Assembly: GCA_902770595.1 (NCBI GenBank)
Contig: CACXTQ010000004.1
Span: forward strand, 3,445 to 67,444
Origin: an uncultured Bacteroidales bacterium
GTDB lineage: Bacteria > Bacteroidota > Bacteroidia > Bacteroidales > UBA3663
Length of the DNA: 64,000 nucleotides
Direction of reading: 5' to 3'
Numbering within the stretch: the stretch's first letter is position 1; each line of letters begins with the position of its first letter. The notes beneath the pieces were generated by a model, which saw only the letters and a program-made list of their open reading frames with translations, was not told where the DNA came from and did no database searches. A program made the translations under genes and the position numbers. Positions 58,902-64,000 of this stretch are shown piece by piece.

Positions 58902-59613
58902 CGTGGTCCTCTATTTTAACGGGTTTTACATATGCTGCTATTGCTGCAATTACGATGGTGAGCACAATGGTACGTGTGCCGGCACTCATTTCACGGACTG
59001 TCGGCAACACGGAGCAAAGCCAGCTCAAGAGGAAACTGGCGATGGCGGAAATACCTACCGCATTGTCGCGCTTCGAAGGTGGTATGATGATGGCGATGAA
59101 CATGCCATAGAGTGCCACACTGAGCGCAGCGACGACGTGCGGAGGAAGGATCTCACCTGCCACGATGCCCACGGCCGTTCCCGATGCCCACATCGTAGTC
59201 GAAATGAGCATCGCTCCAAAGGGATAGGCAGGCGGCAGATTGCCGGGATAGGCGATGGAGATGCCAAAGATCTCGTCGGTCACGCAACAGGCAACAAGTA
59301 TGCGCTTCAAGAGCGAAACATTCGACGCGAACTTCTGTGTCAAGGCAGTGCTCATCAGCAGATAGCGAAGATTGGTGACCAAGCACATGGCCACGACTTC
59401 GACGTATGATGCGCCGATGGCAATGAGCGAATAGACGCCATATTCTCCCGCCGAAGCACGCGTCAGGAAACTGCCCACGAAGCCCATCCATGCAGTCAAC
59501 CCTGCCTTGGCAGCTATGATGCCCAACGAAAAGGACACGGCGAAATACCCCATACCGATGGGGAATCCGTCGCGCATACCATGCAAAAAGATACTTCGGG
59601 TCTCAGTACGCAT
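58891..59613 (-). CDS. azlC: AzlC-family branched-chain amino acid transporter permease
   Basis: 240 aa, polytopic. GMRDGFPIGMGYFAVSFSLGI is a typical AzlC N-terminus. Confidence 0.8.
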   Translation of the reverse strand: MRTETRSIFLHGMRDGFPIGMGYFAVSFSLGIIAAKAGLTAWMGFVGSFLTRASAGEYGVYSLIAIGASYVEVVAMCLVTNLRYLLMSTALTQKFASNVSLLKRILVACCVTDEIFGISIAYPGNLPPAYPFGAMLISTTMWASGTAVGIVAGEILPPHVVAALSVALYGMFIAIIIPPSKRDNAVGISAIASFLLSWLCSVLPTVREMSAGTRTIVLTIVIAAIAAYVKPVKIEDHDEA

Positions 59614-59616
59614 TGC

Positions 59617-60330
59617 CTAGAAGATTGACTTGATCTTCGTGTCGTCGAGCACGCGGTTGAAGAAGTCGTTAACAGGCTTGCCGATGCGGAAGCCTTCGAC
59701 CACACGCTCCACGAGATTGGGGGCCAGCGCCTCTTCTTCGCTCAAATCGCGGAAGAGGTCCCAGTCCTTCATACGAATCAGGTCGTCGAAGGGACTGTCC
59801 CTCCATTGCTTGGGCAGGACTTTGAGTTTTTCCTCCGACCAGAAAACATAACCATAGCGGCGCACCTCGTCATTGTCCACGGCATCGCGCAGTTCCTGGC
59901 CTTCGTCGAAGATGGCCTGACGAATCACTTTGGCTGCTGCCGAGGGTGGACAATGCACACCAACATCGATCATTGAATTGGCCGAATATTCGCCATCCTC
60001 GTTCTTCGGCTGCAAGTGGAAATAATAGCCTCCACCTACGCACTTCTTGCCTCCGGGCACGAGATAGAGTCCGAAATGCGTTTTGTAGGGGCTCTTGTCC
60101 CAAGAGAAACGCGTGTCGCGGGCAAAACGGAAGATGCACTGCTTGGGATCGAGCCCACGCAGCAAAGGGTCGATCTGCGCCATCTGTCCCATGATATCGA
60201 CGCTGAGGGCATAGAACGTGTCGCGCGCCTGCTCGTATTTCTTTCGATTGGCGTGCATCCACTCTACTGTGTTGTTATACTTGATTTCGCGAAGGAAATC
60301 GAAAATCTGCTGAATGTTGTATTGGGTCAT
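59617..60330 (-). CDS. DUF2461 (TIGR02453) family protein
   Basis: FLREIKYNNTVEWMHANRKKYEQAR...FRFARDTRFSWDKSPYKTHFG matches the family pattern. Confidence 0.75.
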   Translation of the reverse strand: MTQYNIQQIFDFLREIKYNNTVEWMHANRKKYEQARDTFYALSVDIMGQMAQIDPLLRGLDPKQCIFRFARDTRFSWDKSPYKTHFGLYLVPGGKKCVGGGYYFHLQPKNEDGEYSANSMIDVGVHCPPSAAAKVIRQAIFDEGQELRDAVDNDEVRRYGYVFWSEEKLKVLPKQWRDSPFDDLIRMKDWDLFRDLSEEEALAPNLVERVVEGFRIGKPVNDFFNRVLDDTKIKSIF

Positions 60331-60334
60331 AGGG

Positions 60335-61051
60335 TTACAATATTTTCATAATCTGACGCAACGAATGCACCTCGTAGTTGACGGGCTCAGTGGGATGGAA
60401 GGTGCGGGGATTGCGGTTGAAGAACATCACATCGAGCCCATAGGCTTTGGCACCGAGGATGTCGGTATCGAACGTGTCTCCAATCATTAACGTGGTTTCC
60501 ACCTTGGCACCCGTCTTTGCCATCGCATAGTCGAAGTAGGCACGAAGGGGCTTATTGGCTCCAGCGTCTTCGCTTAGGATGATGTTGTCGAAAAACTCCT
60601 CCATCCCCGAGGCTCGCAGTTTGCGATACTGCACCTCATGGAAACCGTTGCTACAAAGATGCAGGCCATATCCCTGTGCGCGAAGATAACGCATCAAGTC
60701 GTGCGCCCCTTCGACCACTCCGGGCTTATTGGCACAAAGGTCGAGGAAGTGGTCGCTCACTTCCAGACAATATTCCTTCGTAGGTTCAAAATGCACCCCA
60801 GGACTTACGAAGCCACAGGCCAATGGTCGGCGAAAGCGCTCGACGATGAGATAAGGACGATCAATCTCGCCTCGTGCATACTGGCCCCACAATTCGACAT
60901 TGGTCTGCCAATAGGGGACGGTAAAGTCTTCAAGGCGCTGGAAATAGCGGCCCAACTGCAAATCGTCGAACAATTCGGCCAGCGCTAGTTTGGCGTTGCC
61001 GTGGGTGTCGTAGAGCGTATCGTCAAAATCTATGAACAGGTCGTGGTACAT
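60335..61051 (-). CDS. HAD-IA hydrolase, YjjG-like noncanonical pyrimidine nucleotidase
   Basis: Motif I is [10 protein letters not shown]. The C-terminus has [13 protein letters not shown] (motif IV). Confidence 0.7.
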   Translation of the reverse strand: MYHDLFIDFDDTLYDTHGNAKLALAELFDDLQLGRYFQRLEDFTVPYWQTNVELWGQYARGEIDRPYLIVERFRRPLACGFVSPGVHFEPTKEYCLEVSDHFLDLCANKPGVVEGAHDLMRYLRAQGYGLHLCSNGFHEVQYRKLRASGMEEFFDNIILSEDAGANKPLRAYFDYAMAKTGAKVETTLMIGDTFDTDILGAKAYGLDVMFFNRNPRTFHPTEPVNYEVHSLRQIMKIL

Positions 61052-61105
61052 GAGGGAGGGGGTCGAAGCGTTATGAAAAGTTTGAAAGGGGTTGCTTTAT
61101 CGCCG

Positions 61106-61113
61106 CAAAGATA
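61106..61113 (-). promoter_or_regulatory. -7 promoter box (TATCTTTG on minus strand)
   Basis: TAnnTTTG match 54 nt upstream of the ATG at 61051. Confidence 0.5.
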
Positions 61114-61219
61114 CGAACAAACTGCCACATCTCCAAATAATTTGCCCATTTATTGTAACAAAATCCAACCCATAATGTTCTTTTTCGAATGATTTTTTTG
61201 TTTCTTTCGAAAAATACCT

Positions 61220-61227
61220 TATCTTTG
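61220..61227 (+). promoter_or_regulatory. -7 promoter box (TATCTTTG)
   Basis: TAnnTTTG match 55 nt upstream of the ATG at 61283. Confidence 0.5.
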
Positions 61228-61282
61228 TCGGCAAATTACAGATATTTCGAACCAAGTTATTTCTTAATTTCATTACCTCATC

Positions 61283-63814
61283 ATGAAAAGAACCACCCTT
61301 CTACTCTCCTCACTCCTCCTGCTCACCGCTTGTGGCAGCAAACAACTGCAGCAAGCGAAGCAGGACCTTGCTCTCAACGACCTTGAGTATTTCGAATGCC
61401 AAGGTGTCAATGTTTTGGTCTATAGCAACAACTTCAACGGAGGCTTCAACGATGAGAAGAACTCCGGCATCGAAATTATTCACCACGGCGTGCGCACCGT
61501 GCAAGGAGGTGCTGTGCGTCTTAATAAGACTCCCGAGCAATGGGACCTTGTGCCCAAGACCACAAGTCGCACCGTGAACCGCGATGCAGGTCAGATCGAA
61601 GTGGGTCTGCGCTATGACGACTACGATTTCGACAGCCGCATCGTTGTGACGTCCCTTCCTCCCACCGAAGGGAAAGAGGGAGCCGTAGAAATTGCTGTTT
61701 GGCTCGACAAACCCGTGCCCGAGTCTTTAGCAGGTGAAGCGGGACTGAATATCGAATTCCTGCCTTCGCAATACTGGAACAAGACCTACCTTATGGATGG
61801 TCGCTTGAACCGTTTCCCTCGTTATGCTGCCAGTCAAACCGTGACACGCCCCAACAGTGAGAAACCCCGTCAGTTCAAGGGATTCAAGACCTACGATGAC
61901 CGCGGCACCGACCGCTTTGTCGATCCCACTCCACTTGAAACTGGACACGAAATCATCCTGGCACCCGATGCTCCCGAAAGGATGATCAAGGTAACAAGCA
62001 AGGATGCCGAACTCAACCTTTACGACGGACGTATGTTGGCACAAAATGGTTGGTACGTGCTCCAAAGTGTGCTCCCTGCCGGCAAGACAGGCAAGGTGGT
62101 GAGTTGGCGCGTCGAACCTCATGCCATCCCGGGATGGATACGCGAACCGAATATCGGTTTCAGCCAAGTGGGCTATCTGCCCAATCAACCGAAAGTGGCC
62201 GTGATAGAGCTCGACAAACGCGACAAGATACATGACGAAGCCTCAATCTGCCGCATCAAGCCCGATGGTACCATCGAGACAGCATTCAGCGGAAAAACAA
62301 CCGTTTGGGGCGACTATTTCAAATATAAATATGTGAAGTTCGACTTCTCGGAAGTTAGCGAACCCGGCATCTACTTCATCAAATATGGTGACACCCAGAC
62401 GGGCAACTTCCTCATTGACCAGAGCGTCTATGACAAGATTACCGATGCCACTACCGACGTGTGGATTCCCATTCACATGAACCACATCACCGTGAATGAA
62501 GGCTATCGCGTCTGGCATGGCGAGCCTTTCAAGGAAGGCTATCTGCAGGCTCCACCGAGCGACCATTTCGACCTCCACTCGCAAGGACCGACCACCGATA
62601 CGAAGTACAAGCCACTGCAACTCATTCCAGGACTCAACGTGGGCGGATACTTTGATGCAGGTGACTTCGACATCGAGACTGGTTCGAACATCAACGTGGT
62701 GCAAAACCTCGTGCGCATCTGGGAACAATTCCCCAGTGAGCGCGACGAGACTTTCGTAAGCGAAGAGCAGCGCTACGTGGATCTGCATCGACCCGATGGT
62801 GTGCCCGACATCTTGCAGTATATTGAGCATGGCACGCTGAACCTCGTGGCACAAGCCGAAAAGATTGGACATATGTCGCAATGCCTCTCCAATTCGGTGC
62901 TCGACAACTACCATCACCTCGGCGACGCCGCTTCGCTCACCGATGGCCTGCACTACGACCCGAAACTCAAACCCTACCAGATTTCAATGGACGGCAAGCG
63001 TAGTGGCACGCCCGACGATATGTGGGCGTTCACGACACGCGACCCACGCCTTGACTTCCGTGCAGCCGCGATGTTTGCTGCTGCCAGCCGTGTCCTCCAG
63101 GGCTATAACGATGCCCTGGCAAAACGCGCCCTTATCCAATCGAAGCGACTGATGACCGAAGCCACCGAATTGCTCCACGAAGCCGACCTCAGCACCAACC
63201 TTCAACTCTATGGAGCAACTGGCGACAAGCAGTATCTCGAAAAGTTCAATTCGGGCATCTGGAACGCACTCGACAAGCAGTACAATGCAGCCCTCCAAAT
63301 AGCTCTCGACGCCATACCTTTTATGGACGATACCTATCGTGAGCAATTACGTCCTTATGTCGAAAAGTATCGTGCTTACGTCGACAGCCTCGATACCCAG
63401 AATCCCTACGGCGTGCCCATCGGCCTTGGCAACTGGGCAGCAGGTGGAGGCGTCGTGCAGTTTGGCGCCACCCTTTGCACAGCAAACAAGTATTTTCCCG
63501 ACATCATCGAAAAGAACCTGCTCTATCGCACCGCCAATTTCATCTACGGCTGCCATCCATACCACAACTACTCATTGGTGGCTGCCGTGGGCGCCGCTCG
63601 TCCGAAAGCTGTGTTCTATGGAAACAACCGTGCTGACTTCTCGTTCATTCCTGGTAATATGGCCCCAGGTGTGCTCTTCCGCAAGCCCGATCATTTCGAA
63701 AATTTTGACGACTGGCCGTTCCTGTGGGGACAGAACGAGGGCACCATTGCCGGAAATACGCAATACGTGATTTTCGGCCTGGCGTTCAAGGATAGAATGA
63801 AGGAAGGGAAATAA
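61283..63814 (+). CDS. Glycoside hydrolase family 9-like lipoprotein with an N-terminal Ig-like domain
   Basis: Lipobox LLLTAC. GFSQVGYLPNQPKVAVIELD (CelD_N-like) and GGYFDAGDFDIETG (resembles the GH9 DAGD motif). The family call is tentative. Confidence 0.55.
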   Translation: MKRTTLLLSSLLLLTACGSKQLQQAKQDLALNDLEYFECQGVNVLVYSNNFNGGFNDEKNSGIEIIHHGVRTVQGGAVRLNKTPEQWDLVPKTTSRTVNRDAGQIEVGLRYDDYDFDSRIVVTSLPPTEGKEGAVEIAVWLDKPVPESLAGEAGLNIEFLPSQYWNKTYLMDGRLNRFPRYAASQTVTRPNSEKPRQFKGFKTYDDRGTDRFVDPTPLETGHEIILAPDAPERMIKVTSKDAELNLYDGRMLAQNGWYVLQSVLPAGKTGKVVSWRVEPHAIPGWIREPNIGFSQVGYLPNQPKVAVIELDKRDKIHDEASICRIKPDGTIETAFSGKTTVWGDYFKYKYVKFDFSEVSEPGIYFIKYGDTQTGNFLIDQSVYDKITDATTDVWIPIHMNHITVNEGYRVWHGEPFKEGYLQAPPSDHFDLHSQGPTTDTKYKPLQLIPGLNVGGYFDAGDFDIETGSNINVVQNLVRIWEQFPSERDETFVSEEQRYVDLHRPDGVPDILQYIEHGTLNLVAQAEKIGHMSQCLSNSVLDNYHHLGDAASLTDGLHYDPKLKPYQISMDGKRSGTPDDMWAFTTRDPRLDFRAAAMFAAASRVLQGYNDALAKRALIQSKRLMTEATELLHEADLSTNLQLYGATGDKQYLEKFNSGIWNALDKQYNAALQIALDAIPFMDDTYREQLRPYVEKYRAYVDSLDTQNPYGVPIGLGNWAAGGGVVQFGATLCTANKYFPDIIEKNLLYRTANFIYGCHPYHNYSLVAAVGAARPKAVFYGNNRADFSFIPGNMAPGVLFRKPDHFENFDDWPFLWGQNEGTIAGNTQYVIFGLAFKDRMKEGK

Positions 63815-63824
63815 AGATTTTCTC

Positions 63825-64000
63825 TTAAAAGGATACGAATCTATTACCTAAGAAATCCTGGTGTTCTCCATGATGGATATAGCCCAACTGGTCGCAGACG
63901 AGTTGGGTTTTTCCTATCTGGGTGCCAATGTTATAATGAGAGTGTCCAAAGATCCAATAATCAATGGGGCTTTGCTCGATATATGATTCCAATTCGACGG
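63825..64000 (-). CDS. Metallophosphoesterase, C-terminal fragment (gene runs off the window)
   Basis: The reverse-strand translation is ...YWIFGHSHYNIGTQIGKTQLVCDQLGY...FVSF*, with the GHSH motif of calcineurin-like phosphoesterases. The stop is at 63825-63827. Confidence 0.6.
   Translation of the reverse strand, partial: VELESYIEQSPIDYWIFGHSHYNIGTQIGKTQLVCDQLGYIHHGEHQDFLGNRFVSF

Overview
This window looks like a chromosomal segment of a Bacteroidota (Prevotellaceae-like) genome. Genes are preceded by TAnnTTTG -7 promoter boxes rather than Shine-Dalgarno leaders. A porP-porK-porL-porM-porN type IX secretion (T9SS) core operon sits at 33.5-40.2 kb, and at least six large secreted proteins end in T9SS C-terminal-domain (CTD)-like tails. 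I call 44 protein-coding genes (one partial at the window edge). I found no rRNA, tRNA, CRISPR, transposase or integrase. Three things stand out. (1) A co-directional minus-strand gene train (2.4-16.2 kb) encodes four CotH-kinase-family paralogs (three with lamin-tail domains) and a Cthe_2159-type beta-helix protein, followed by an AT-rich tail with a signal-less tailspike/pectate-lyase-like protein and a compositionally chimeric SGNH lipoprotein. (2) An ADP-ribose-centred neighbourhood (24.1-27.8 kb) holds an NrtR-like Nudix regulator, an ADP-ribosylglycohydrolase, an unknown protein and a vWA::macro-like (A1S_2505-like) fusion. It lies next to a sigma factor and a stand-alone LytTR regulator plus membrane-protein pair, whose candidate direct-repeat operator recurs 32 kb away. 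(3) There are several unusual intergenic element families: hairpins built from tandem short words, an identical 32-nt (AATTGTT)n leader placed just 5' of start codons, and a ten-copy 41-42-bp palindromic (REP/BIME-like) array. All product names come from motif recognition by eye in the supplied translations; no database search was run.
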